A stretch of 62,201 bases of DNA, filler included. It is 12 parts of 12 records of this genome, joined end to end, with 100 filler letters (N's around TTAATTAATTAA, not from the genome) between each part and the next. Parts side by side here need not be neighbours in the genome. Positions count along the whole stretch, not along the records: positions 11,497 to 16,057 come from SRR15195285_4359; positions 16,158 to 19,590 come from SRR15195285_4364; positions 19,691 to 24,605 come from SRR15195285_4365; 9 more parts are not named here. The stretch is one strand, 5' to 3'. This document shows positions 11,572 to 22,900 of this stretch, one piece after another. The notes beneath the pieces are model-generated. The model was not told where the DNA came from. It made no database searches and worked only from the letters and a program-made list of their open reading frames with translations. The first letter of the stretch is position 1; each line of letters opens with the position of its first letter. The position numbers were made by a program, and so were the translations under genes.

Positions 11572-13269
11572 ATGCCGTCCCGGCGGCGGAAGACAGCGTG
11601 CGCGGACGCCGAGGACCCCAGTCGGCCGCTTCCACCGCAGGCTGACTTGGTTGTCGTCGGCGGCGGGTGTCACGCGGCTGCCCTAATCATGCGTCTACTC
11701 ACGAAGGGAGAGGTCCTCAGCGACCCAAACCCACCCATCTCTGGCTTTCGCCACTCCCCGCCAAACGTTCGACGGCATCTGCTCAAGACACCTGTGGAGG
11801 AGGGTCTCAAGCGCTCCATCGTTGTCCTCGATCGCTCGGGAGGCTGGATGCTGAACTGGCAGCGCGCGTACCAAACGCTGGACATACCTCATCTGCGCTC
11901 CCCGGAAGGCCTGCATCCCGATCCGTACGACCATACGGCGCTGCCTGTCTGGGCTAAATACGCGAAGTGTGAGGATGAGTTTGTCGAGATGGACCACCTG
12001 GAGCGTGGCAAGACAGTGGACGGCAACGGCGACGATAGGAGAGGCGGAGGTACCTTTTATCACGGGCCGTTTGCCCTCCCGTCAGCTGATATGTTCGCAA
12101 GGTTTTGCGACCGGCTGATCAACAAGTCTTACGGTCTCGGGTCCTTGCTCTATCAGGGCGAGGTCACGAGTATGACTCCTCTGCCAGCAGGTAGCAGCGG
12201 GTTTGATCTCGAAATTTCTCGCGCCGACTCGAGTGGATCGGTGCACATGATTGCATCAAATGTAGTCCTGGCACGTGGCCCGACCGCGAGGTGGAATCTG
12301 CCGGCCTGGGCGGAACCTTTGTTCCGGAGCGACGATTCGCTGCCGTCGCCACACTGCAGGCTGTCGATTGCACACGCGTGGCAGATGGTTGACGCCAATA
12401 GCACGAGCGGCTTGCGCCCAGAGCAGCAGTCCAAGTCCTGTCCGTTTATCGATGCTGTCAAGCCAACCGATAGAGTTGTTGTCGTTGGGGGTGGCCTGAC
12501 CTCTGGCCACCTTGTCACGCTGTTAGCCAAGCACGGAGTTCGAGATATCAAACTCGTCATGCGTGGGCAGCGTAAGGTCAAACAGTTCGACCTCATCTTG
12601 CCCTGGTTTGGAGACGACCGATGGGCTAAGCGGCGTGAATTTGAGACGGCTTCCACTCCTGACAAGCTAGACACGCTGATGTCAGATCGTGATGGTGGTT
12701 CCCTAACACCGGAACTGGATGGCCGAATCCGGGCCCTGGAGGACGAGGGGAGATGTCAGGTGGTAGAATGCACTCAAGTGCGGTCTGCTACGTGGGTCGA
12801 GCCTGCTGTAGGTGAGCCGAGTGAGCCTGGTAACACGAGCAGAACGTCGAGCCACGACGAGTGCTTGGGGCACCACAATGGAGAGTGCGCTGGCCATTGG
12901 GATTTATGTTTTGATGACGATACTGACTGCCAGGTAGACAAGATCTGGCTTGCAACGGGCAGCCGGGCAGACGCTACCAGCGACCCACTGTTGCAGCAGA
13001 TGATGGCACAGCATCCAATTGATGTGCACGCAGGCTTACCAGATGTGGGTCCGACACTTCGCTGGGCAGAAGGAGTGCCGCTTTATGTGATGGGTGGGAT
13101 GGCAGCACTGCAGCTCGGTCCTGACGCGGTAAATCTAGCCGGTGGGCTGCGTGGTGCGTGTCGTATCTCAGACGAGCTGAAGGACCAACTCCAGTCGGCG
13201 GCTGGCGAGGAGGCTACACACACGTGTCGAGAACGCTCATTTACCGACCAGGGTATGGTACACACCTAA
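11572..13269 (+). CDS. FAD/NAD(P)-binding oxidoreductase, lysine/ornithine N-hydroxylase-like (IucD/SidA/PvdA superfamily)
   Basis: Two Rossmann motifs (VVVGGGCHA, VVVGGGLTSGH), HLRSPxxLHPDP, DGGSLTP, WLATG, LYVMGGMAALQLGPDAVNLAG; no intron needed. Confidence 0.8.
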   Translation: MPSRRRKTACADAEDPSRPLPPQADLVVVGGGCHAAALIMRLLTKGEVLSDPNPPISGFRHSPPNVRRHLLKTPVEEGLKRSIVVLDRSGGWMLNWQRAYQTLDIPHLRSPEGLHPDPYDHTALPVWAKYAKCEDEFVEMDHLERGKTVDGNGDDRRGGGTFYHGPFALPSADMFARFCDRLINKSYGLGSLLYQGEVTSMTPLPAGSSGFDLEISRADSSGSVHMIASNVVLARGPTARWNLPAWAEPLFRSDDSLPSPHCRLSIAHAWQMVDANSTSGLRPEQQSKSCPFIDAVKPTDRVVVVGGGLTSGHLVTLLAKHGVRDIKLVMRGQRKVKQFDLILPWFGDDRWAKRREFETASTPDKLDTLMSDRDGGSLTPELDGRIRALEDEGRCQVVECTQVRSATWVEPAVGEPSEPGNTSRTSSHDECLGHHNGECAGHWDLCFDDDTDCQVDKIWLATGSRADATSDPLLQQMMAQHPIDVHAGLPDVGPTLRWAEGVPLYVMGGMAALQLGPDAVNLAGGLRGACRISDELKDQLQSAAGEEATHTCRERSFTDQGMVHT

Positions 13270-13270
13270 T

Positions 13271-15825
13271 TCATGTCGTTGCAGCTTGAGCCGGGCTGAT
13301 CACGTGAAACAGACAACAGTCCTCACTCCCGGGGCCGTCTTGTTCCGCACCGAGCAGGCTGTACTCATAGTATCGCAGTTCGCCCACCAATGGTAGCTCC
13401 CGCGGTAGCTCAGGATATTCCAATTCGCTAACCTGTTGCTCTTCCACAACGGTTTTCTGCTTCACTGGGACTACTGCGCCGACCCTTCGCCGGACGACCT
13501 TTTGCTCTGCATCCTTCGGCAAATCAATCGAACCTTTCGACCCTGTGCTATTCTTCCAGCGATCTGTCGGACGAAGGGAACGAACCTCATCAGCATATCA
13601 CAGATAGCACCAAGAACAATGGACGCATAAATCACTCACCAGGTACAGTTTCTTGCGCAAGCAGTTCCCTTTGCTCGGGCGTCAGCTTGGCCCTTGCCTT
13701 AGCGGACTTATAGCGACCGCGCGGACGCTGCACTTTAGGCATCTCCACGTACAAACCACTAGGGCAGACACCGAGTGTAAGCGGGCGCTTGGGTAGCTTA
13801 GGCGCTTGAGCCTGCTCCTCATTTTCCTTATGTTGCTGCGATGACATCGACACACAGCATATAGAGATTCACATTGTGAAGCAGAGCATCATGCGCCAAG
13901 CTGTTAGCCTTTCGAAGAGGCAGGAGCCACGTGTACGCTGCAGCTGTAAAATGGTGAAGGCAACGCATCTGAAATACCTCTAAGCGGTAGTGGTAGCGAA
14001 GAATCGTGGCTGCTTCCATCCAGTCTAACATGCGAGTCTTCGATGCCTGAAGGCACTTTTGCACGTCCATCGGGAATGCCTTGTAGTCGACCTCCCCTGC
14101 AGCTATTACAGCAGCGACCTTCAAGTTCAGCTCCCCCGCATGTGCTTTTGCTGCATCTGCTTTAAGTAAGGCCTGCTGAGCTGCCTCTGTGGCAGCCCTG
14201 TTCTCTTTGTCGTCTTTTGCGTCACGAACAGCTTGAACAGCCTCCGCCTGTAATAGCTCTGCGACGGAAGCAGCAGCAGCTGCAGCTGCATCGCTGCCCT
14301 CCCACGCAGGGAAGTCAGCAGCGCCTGGGATCGTCGCCCACCATCGCTGCGAATCCAGCTCGACTGTCTCCCCACTTGCTCCAATACAGCGAGCAGAAAT
14401 CTCGTCTGCTGTGAGAAGGCATTCATCAAGCATGGCGACTATCTTCGCTGCCTGCAGGTCCGGCCCAATGAGAACAATCTCCTGTCGCCGATCGCCTCGC
14501 CAAGACTGGCAACTAGACTCACAGGCTGCCTCGCTGCTGCTCGAGTCACTGGAAGGCTGCGGCTTATATCCAGGCGCCGTACTGAGCCAAGATCCACCGT
14601 CACAGAAGCGAAACAGCGTTCCAGCCTGTTGCCACTCACCGATACGATCAGACCGCCCCGCGAGCCAGAACACTCCCTTTGACCGCACCAGTCCCAGTTC
14701 CATGAGAGCTTGCGCGGCGGTGGTAGCGCTCATGTCTAGAATGGCAGCACTGTCTGTAGCTCCAAGAAGAAGCTGTTTTAGGCGTCCTCCGTGAAATGGA
14801 CGCGTTCGGGTGTACATCTGGTGCCGAATGTTGAGGGAAGAAGCCTTGGACACAAACGTCCCAGAGATCAACTTTTCCCACCCCGGCTGCTCCTCTGCGG
14901 TGTCCCAGTCAAACCGGCCGGTACAAAGCACGTCACTCGGGCAGATTTTGCCCCAATCCGTTGTCAATATGGACGCGTGCGGATTCAGCCCTTCGATTAT
15001 CTTGCGTGTCTTTGCCAGCGACTCAACGCTGACCGACGACGCCTTGTTGAGCACAATCACATTCGCGAATTCGATCTGCTCTGTCAGGAGCTGCGATACG
15101 TGGGCACCCACCAACTTCGCATCGGCTGCTTCCGCACGAAGGTCCTTTCGCTCGAGCACTTGCTCACACGAAAAGAAATCGCGCTCAAAATTGGGTGCAT
15201 CGACCACGGTGACCAGCGTGTCGAGTGCCACGATATCGTCCAGCACCCTGCCACGACCCAAGTCAAACGCAGAGATGCCTTCGGCGATCGGCAACGGCTC
15301 GGCAGCTCCCGAGCCCTCGATCAACATGGCATCAAATCGGTCTGCCTTCGCGAGATCCCGAATTTGAGAAAGTAGGTCGTCCTTCAGTGTGCAGCACATG
15401 CAACCGTTGCTTAGTTCAACCAACTCTTCTGACCGTCCCACGTCCAGCCCGACCCTAGCAGCAGTCTTGGCGTCGATGTTGACTGCACCAATATCGTTCA
15501 CAATCAACGCCACCCTCAGCCCAAGCCTGTTCTTGAGCACTCTCTGGAGGACTGTCGTCTTGCCAGCTCCGAGAAATCCTGAAAGCAGCGTGATCGGCAA
15601 CTTCTTGTCTGCGCGTCGGCCACGAATCTCTAGGTGGTCTAGCGCACGGTAGCATGCTCGGCCGGCATCTGCGCACGACCTGCACGGATCGCCACCCTCG
15701 CAGTCGACCTCGCAAGCGGTGCAACGCACACAGGGCCCTGCTGTATGCGCAGATGGCGCTGCACTTGCCTCGAGGGGGCCCATGCTGCAAGGGCCCTCCC
15801 TTGTGCGGTCCTCGCGGACGCTCAT
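13271..15825 (-). CDS. COG0523/CobW (ZNG1-like) G3E GTPase metallochaperone with N-terminal Zn2Cys6-pattern domain; predicted 3 exons (introns 13836..13977, 13564..13639)
   Basis: SGFLGAGKTT, VNDIGAVNID, SNGCMCC (CxCC), EQIEFANVIVLNK, RPFH, RSKGVFWLA, GDRRQEIVLIG. Two downstream exons join in frame by GT-AG introns. Start is 15825 or 15783. Confidence 0.9.
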
Positions 15826-16057
15826 CCCCCATGCATGGCGCTGCAACGCGTAGGATTCCTAGCATTTTTTTGCGTGTTTTCGCACTCCTGAGCGTTTGTA
15901 TGTAGTTTTGTATGTGTAGAAATACTGTACTAGTACGAGTTTTACCTGTGCATGCAAGTACTAGTACATCGGTACCGGTAAAACTTCATTGAATGTCTCA
16001 AGGCTCCGAACACAAAGAAACAGATCTCTGTATATATACCTAATATTAGGGGGGGGG

Positions 16058-16157
16058 NNNNNNNNNNNNNNNNNNNNNNNNNNNNNNNNNNNNNNNNNNN
16101 NTTAATTAATTAANNNNNNNNNNNNNNNNNNNNNNNNNNNNNNNNNNNNNNNNNNNN
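16058..16157. other. Artificial contig spacer
   Basis: N44-TTAATTAATTAA-N44. Confidence 0.99.
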
Positions 16158-17879
16158 AGCAGCAGCAGCAGCAGCAGCAGCAGCCGTTGAGTGACTTGAG
16201 TGCACAGCTTCTTGATTTTGTGGACCATCTGAGCCGGTGTGGCATGCTGGCGATGGAACTCTTCGATCGACTAACCAGCGGGGACCCTGACTCCAACCTT
16301 ACTGGTTCTGGGGCTATCGCTGGTCGCGGACAAGAGGCAGGGTTGACGTTGCGTCGTCCAGCGGAGAATCAGCTGTGCTTGGACAAATGTGTGCCGTGTG
16401 AGATGGCCACAGCCGCTCTGCTTGGCAAGATGGAGGCGACCGGCATTCTCGTCGATGTTGAATATTTGCAGCGCGCCATCCCGTCCATCAAGCAGCAGCT
16501 TTACGAACTGGAAGCAGAGGCTCATTCTCTGGCAGGCCATCCGTTCCTTCTAACCTCACCGCAGCAGATCTCTACGGTAATTTATGACGAGCTGAACCTC
16601 AAGCCACGCGATCAGCCTTCGCAGGCTAAACAAGCAGCTGGTTCGACCGTCACCAAAACATCAGAGGCCATTCTGGTCGAGCTGCAGAGTCAGCACCCGT
16701 TGCCTGCCATCATTCTGCAGCACAGGTCCATCAATAAGCTGCTCTCGACATATATAGACCCTTTCATACAGAAGGCGACCTCGTCACAAGATGGCCGGTT
16801 GCGCTCCACCTTTCTGCAGCTCAATACAGTCACAGGGCGGCTGGCATCCAAAAACCCGAATCTGCAGAATCTACCGAGGGAATCAACCACGCTGAGTGGC
16901 AGTGGCGATGGCAATGACGGGGGTGTTGCGAGCAGCATCAATATCAGACGCGCACTAAAGGCTGCACCGGGCTGCGTGTTCGTGGCCTCGGATTTCTGCC
17001 AGCTGGAGGTGCGGATTCTGGCGCACTTCTGTGAGGATGACAAACTGCAGCGTTTCCTATGCGACGGGGGCGACCCTTTCACCTCGTTGGCAAGCGATTG
17101 GCTTTCCATTCCGACGCAGGCTGTAACTGAAACAGAGCGAGCCAAAGCCAAGCAGTGCGTTTATGGTGAGCTCACCGTGACCGCAAGCAGCAGAGGGGGA
17201 GTTTGCTCGCTGAATGCGTTCGTCGTGTCGTGGCTGCATGTCTCAGGGATTGTGTACGGAATGGGCCCTGGTCTACTTGCTCAGAAGCTTGGTTTGACTC
17301 TGCGCGATGCCTCGACTCTCATGCGCTCGTTCTCGTCCAGGTATCCTCTCATCAAGCGCTGGGAGCATCACGTGAGACAACCCACATTCCGACACACAGT
17401 AAGCATTCATCTAAAGTCGGCTGACTTACACGGATTCGCTGCACGCTTCTACTGGTCGTGTGTCCATGCAGACCCTGAGTTGTGCCCGAGCATGCTCGGC
17501 ATCGCATACCCTTTTCAGGAGAAGGCGGCACCTCCCCGATTTACACTCGAAAATTGGAGCCAAGAAAGCAGCGGCTGAAAGGCAGGCTATCAACTCGGTG
17601 ATCCAAGGCACTGCGAGTGACATCATGAAGCAAGCAATGATGAGGGCAGAGGAGCGCCTCGCGCAGCTGCAGCTAAGTGGTCCTTCTGCGACACGCGCTG
17701 GCGGTGCTATCTGCCGTTGCGTCTTGCAGGTGCACGATGAGCTCATCTACGAAGTGTCGCAGGAGTGGGCTACTGATGTGGGCAGCGAGGTGACCGCGGC
17801 GATGGAAGAATGTGTAGAGCTTTCGGTGCCGTTGAGGGTGTCGACGAAGATCGGCCCAACTCTCGGCGATCTTCGCTAG
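16158..17879 (+). CDS. POLQ: Family A DNA polymerase domain, Pol theta-like, 5'-truncated; introns 17166..17246 and 17372..17471
   Basis: TGRLASKNPNLQNLP, motif A SDFCQLEVRILAH, spliced motif B AKQCVYGIVYGMG, AERQAINSVIQGTASDIMK, motif C LQVHDELIYEV. Motif B looks closer to Pol theta than Pol nu. Confidence 0.85.
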
Positions 17880-18084
17880 TCATGGTAGAACTGGGTGCTG
17901 CGGAAACTGTTCGACCGGTACGGACCTTTTCAGTGGTGTCGCGATCCCGAGACTGAATGTCAGCGCTTCCTCAGTGACATGGCTGACTAGACGAGTGGGG
18001 AGCTCCATTCATTCATTCAATTTCAACGTGCCTTGCAAAATCGCCGTGCTGTCATGGGTGTATGTAAATTTCGGACGCGCTTGC

Positions 18085-19257
18085 CTAGCTAAGGTCGAAC
18101 ATCTTCACCGCTTCGACTACAGCTGCAACAATCGCACGGGACCCGTGAGCATTTAAGTGCCAGCCGCCCGCCTGCTTCGATGCAGTCCACGTAGCAGGTC
18201 CATCTACGACTACCGTACCTGCAGCTAGTCCCAGTGCTGGCATGTCAATCATTGTGAGTCCGTATTGCGCTGCTTGCTGCCGTTGGCACTCCACATCCTT
18301 CTGCAAGAATTCGTTCGTGACGGTCGGGTGCGAAGCGATTGGAAAATTCGACTGCCACACGACGGGGATACCGGCACTTTCGAGCTGCCGCATCGAAATG
18401 ATGTCATCTGAAAAGCGTGACGGGCAGTCAAAGCTAGAACCGTCGGTAACACCCGTCACAATACTAGACCATGGCGGAGAGTCGAAGCCCCAGAGTCCAT
18501 GAGCATGCCATGCCACCACAACCTTGGCAGCACGAAGCATTTTGAGCGCTACTGGATCTAGTTGCAGCCGCCGGGCATCACGGCATACAGGGGATTGTTT
18601 TCCCAGCGATCGTGCATTACATAGCAACGTGTCAAACGGATCCACTGATGCACGACGCAGCGCCGCTTGATTGTTCATGAACCGGAACATCAACGCCACC
18701 GTACAGGTTGCTGGCTCGTCACGGCCTGACACAGGCAGGGCGGTGTATATCCACGTTTGATCAGCCCACTGTGGCCGGCATTCAACAGTTGGATCGTTTG
18801 TGTTGCAAGGCAGAGCAGCTTGGTCCTCTGTTGGATAGCGATATCGCCGCATGTGACCAGCCTCCTCAAACGATTGCGCAAGTAAGTGAAACACATTGCG
18901 TAGGTTCGAATCGCCTGTCAGCAGGATTGCACGACAGTGGCTCCCGAAGTCTCCTGGCGAGGGCGCTGACACCAGCCGATTTTCTCCGTTTGATCGTGGC
19001 GGCTCAGCGCGTAGAATGGCCCTAGAAGCCGCATTCAACCTGGCTGGGATGTCACTTGCACTCAATGCTGCTCGTGTCGCTTCGACAACTACAGCGCTGG
19101 GCGATAGATGCGCGCTGTGGTGACTCAGCGCAAGCTCATCGTTAGCGCGCGGGGCGGCTGCAGCGCCGGGTCCGAGCCACTCTGGATACTGCTGTCCCAC
19201 GCATGCTGAAACCACCGCAGCAAACCAATTGATGCCGATCTGTCGGCTGAGCCGCAT
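18085..19257 (-). CDS. SGNH/PC-esterase-like hydrolase, probably secreted
   Basis: ILLTGDSNLRNVF (GDS block), HGLW, late GGWHLN His motif; hydrophobic N-terminus from ATG 19257. Confidence 0.65.
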   Translation of the reverse strand: MRLSRQIGINWFAAVVSACVGQQYPEWLGPGAAAAPRANDELALSHHSAHLSPSAVVVEATRAALSASDIPARLNAASRAILRAEPPRSNGENRLVSAPSPGDFGSHCRAILLTGDSNLRNVFHLLAQSFEEAGHMRRYRYPTEDQAALPCNTNDPTVECRPQWADQTWIYTALPVSGRDEPATCTVALMFRFMNNQAALRRASVDPFDTLLCNARSLGKQSPVCRDARRLQLDPVALKMLRAAKVVVAWHAHGLWGFDSPPWSSIVTGVTDGSSFDCPSRFSDDIISMRQLESAGIPVVWQSNFPIASHPTVTNEFLQKDVECQRQQAAQYGLTMIDMPALGLAAGTVVVDGPATWTASKQAGGWHLNAHGSRAIVAAVVEAVKMFDLS

Positions 19258-19590
19258 GCAGCAATGTCCAACCGCTAAGCACTGCTCACTGCGGCAGCAG
19301 TACGTAGTCACTCAGCCTGTTCTCAGCACTGCTGGTGGCGGCACCGCGCGCGCGCCGGCGTCGACCCGGCGCGCGCGCGCGGCACGCGCATGCGCACACA
19401 CATGCGCAGTAGTTGCGCACATATTCTAATATGGCGCGATTGCTCGATTGTCCGCGATCTATCAGATCTCATCTTCAGAGGCGCCAGATCGGACAACAGG
19501 AAAAAAAAAAGCGATTTTGGCAACAACGTAAACTAGGCCCTGGGGTGGCTAGTATGGCACGAGGGAGCCTCACTGAGGCCATAGCCGTCG

Positions 19591-19690
19591 NNNNNNNNNN
19601 NNNNNNNNNNNNNNNNNNNNNNNNNNNNNNNNNNTTAATTAATTAANNNNNNNNNNNNNNNNNNNNNNNNNNNNNNNNNNNNNNNNNNNN
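19591..19690. other. Artificial contig spacer
   Basis: N44-TTAATTAATTAA-N44. Confidence 0.99.
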
Positions 19691-19931
19691 GCACGTGCTC
19701 CTGATGGGCGCGTCGGCTCTACCATTTGAATGGTCTAGAAGATCGCCCTGACAGCTTGCGGTGGGCTATCGATCGATGATTGTAGTGGCAAAGGTTCTTC
19801 ACACGTTCTTCTTCTACCATTTAAAATAGTGCTATTGCTAGTACCAAGTCTTATACTTTCACCTGTACTACCGATCTAGCTCTACCACGTACAGGTACCG
19901 ATCTATACTTCGTCTGTATGTCAGTGACCGA

Positions 19932-22900
19932 TTAAAATCCTGGATTCACGACCTCAATCGTTACACGGACCGGGCGGACGACCACATCTACTGACGCAGC
20001 TGTGTCGTTCAGCCAAAAGACCGTCTCATGGACGCCCAGAGCTGCGGACGCTGTCGCGAACACCCAAATATCGAGGTGGCCAGAGCCATCCGTGCGATGT
20101 TGCGCACGCTTCACGCTAAATGCAGAAGCCTATGCGCATATCACACGTCACCAATTTAGAGAATACGGTAATGAGCACCGCAGCTCAGCGATGTGTCCGA
20201 TCGATCACTATGTCTACAGCCAGTGTATCTCTACAATCACCCCAGAAAGGCGAGCAGACAAAAGCACGTAGCAGGCAGGTAGAACAACGCACGCCAGTCT
20301 TCGACTTTTCTGCCGTATCAATAGTCAGAACCGCTTGTTGCGCGGACAACTTTTGTGCCTCCACCTGTGGCAGCAAGCCTGGGTGGGGGTAATAGACTGT
20401 CAGTGGCTTTGCTTCACCTCGACGAAGGCTCATGGTCCTTGGCCAGAGGTATTGCGCTGGCCTCCATGCCACTTTTTCGTCAGATCCGTCCAGTTGCCGA
20501 GTGGCAATGACCGCACTGTCGATAGACAAGGAAGAGCCACCGGTCGTAATGGTCGTGGACGTTGCCACAGTTGCTTTGGCGCCATGGCGACGCTGTAGGA
20601 TGGCCATGTCGAAGGCGGCACCTGTATCGTGTACATTTAGTCGCTGGCGATCAACTTTCAGTACAACAATACTAGGTCTCATATTGGTACATCAGCAAAC
20701 TCTTTAGAAAATTAAGGATGCTTTGTCATGTGCATACCCGACCCATACACTTCCTGTCCTACAATTCCTGGTGTCGAGCGGTCAAACCGATAGTCCTCCA
20801 CTGGAATCTCTGCCCCAGGGATTGCGTTTTGCCGATATGGCGGCACAATGATGACGTACACACGATCGACTCTCAGCATTCAACCGCGTGGCTGAGCCAG
20901 AGTGAGGAAAGCAATCACACACTCACCAATCGACACGTTGTTTGGAGCTCCAGTTTGGTAAGCCCACGGCGCAAGGGCGCCGTCCGGCATCCCCTGCTCC
21001 GTGAAAATATCTCGTCATGTACTTGCCTATTGTAATGGTGCTATGATGGTATATTCCCGAAGATGCTTTGAAATCTGATCAAATTGATTTCTCAAAAACG
21101 AGCGTTGATTGTTTCCTACCGATGGGTCTATGGTGATAGAGCGAAAGAAAATCATGAGCAGACAGCGAGGTACAGCACGAGCAAGTGTGTCAGAGCCGCT
21201 CTGCCAGGTGGCAAGCCATCACAACACAACCAATATACCGGAAGGTACCGTCCAAGCTACGCAAGCAACTCACACGTGGCCCGAAGCACACCACCAGCGT
21301 ACTTGACATAGCTGGTACCAACTGCCCTCGCCGCAGGGGACAGGTTTTTTCCACCAACACGCAGCCACTCACTTACGTACCAGGCCGAGGTATGGCCTTC
21401 CATCGCAGCAACGTAAGTTCCTGACATCGCCTGCAAGGATATCATGTACATTCAAGTTAATGAGACACTCCCCCTGCCTGCCTGCTTGCCTGTCTGTCTG
21501 TCTGTGGGTGTGCGTGTGCGCGCGCGCGCGTGTGTGTGTGCACGTGGAGGGCTTTTCGCACTGCCAGTGCCATAAAGGTGGGGAGACCATCACGGAAACC
21601 ATAGTCGGCTTGGAACAGCGTGCAATCTGCTAGCGTATATGCAAGTGGTCTGGAGGACAGGTCGTAGTACGTCTTATTCTGTGTAGCATCGCCAAGCTGT
21701 ACACGCATGCGCAGATGTTCACATCAACTGACACGGGTGCATTGTGGCTCATTATCAACCACGGCAGCTGGCGTCATCTATCCGATTGCTGAGAGCAGTC
21801 ATAATTATAAGCAACCAATTCAAGAATCAGGCACACCTTGGCCAAGCCCAACATACCCATGGCCTCCATCGGCAGCTCGTACGTCATGAAAAATTCGTCT
21901 GCGCCTCTATCGGACGCCAGACGATCCGCTGCGATCTTTGCCTCCTCTAGGTAAGTATGGTTGTGGAAAGTTTCATAAGCTTCCATCATCACCAGAATGT
22001 AGCCTGTTGCGCCATTTCAATTTCGAACTCATCATGACTTCGATCTTAAAAAGGGGAAGAGTTTCAAACTACATGTGATGCACTTTCAGTAGAATCACCT
22101 ACCACCAATTGCGTCCAATTCATAGCCTGAGTGCGGCCCTCCGAAACCGCCTGTCACGTCGCGTAGTCAGCAAGAACGTGCAGATGCACCACCACCAAGA
22201 AGCCTCACGTCAGCTCAACTTGCATGGGCGCACGAGTTTTCGTCCAACAGCAACTAAGGTGGAGATGGAGTTGCATTCTGCAGCCCCGGGCTCACCAATA
22301 CTTGATGCGTTTGCGTAGGCCATCGAGTAGCTTGGATGAAAACCGTAATCCATGTTGTGCGCGAGCGCGATGACAAAATTCAGAGTTCGCTGAAAAATTG
22401 GCGGGCGGCTCGTTGGTGTTGGCAGCAGCCTCTCCGCACCAGCAACCCGCAGCATCTGCACCATGATTTGCCACGAGTCAGAACCACCCATTCCTGAGCA
22501 TGGTCCTGCAATACATGACAAACAGCAGGACATCACAGGGTGACTGAATGAAGATGTGGAAACACTTGGTAGTGGCAGTGAGTGCCCGTCGTCGCACCAC
22601 CCCAGACGCAGAGCGTTTGCCATTCATGCTGATTGCTGCTTGCGGACGAAGCGCTGGTTTCACCACCTAGGTCGGAGTCCACAGCCCAGATTTCCAGTGC
22701 GCCCTCGGTGGCCTGCTTTCCCAGCAGCCCCGCAACCAACGGAGCGACGTCCTTCCCGGTCTTGATGTTTCTGTGAGTTCAGCCTCAATCATGACCAACA
22801 GTGGGGAATACATGATGTATACGTTGCGTGTGCACCTACACTGATTGCTGACAAACGGACGGACCTGGCCGTGGAGTCGTTGAGGTATCGGAGGCCGGGT

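Noticed and set aside
17166-17246. Apparent novel peptide insertions in Pol theta motif B, the hydratase (39235..39342) and the Dabb protein (40881..40973)
   Set aside because: Each is a stop-free GT-AG intron with length divisible by 3; removal restores the expected sequence.
17372-17578. Frameshift or pseudogene interpretation of the split polymerase, NEK, MLO, GH27 and prefoldin ORFs
   Set aside because: Canonical GT-AG introns restore every reading frame.
16158-17879. Viral or bacterial origin for the family A polymerase
   Set aside because: It has introns and Pol theta-like motifs, and no viral hallmark genes lie nearby.
22507-22600. Possible non-canonical GC-AG intron in the contig 5 gene
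   Set aside because: A canonical GTGCGA donor in the correct phase is available.
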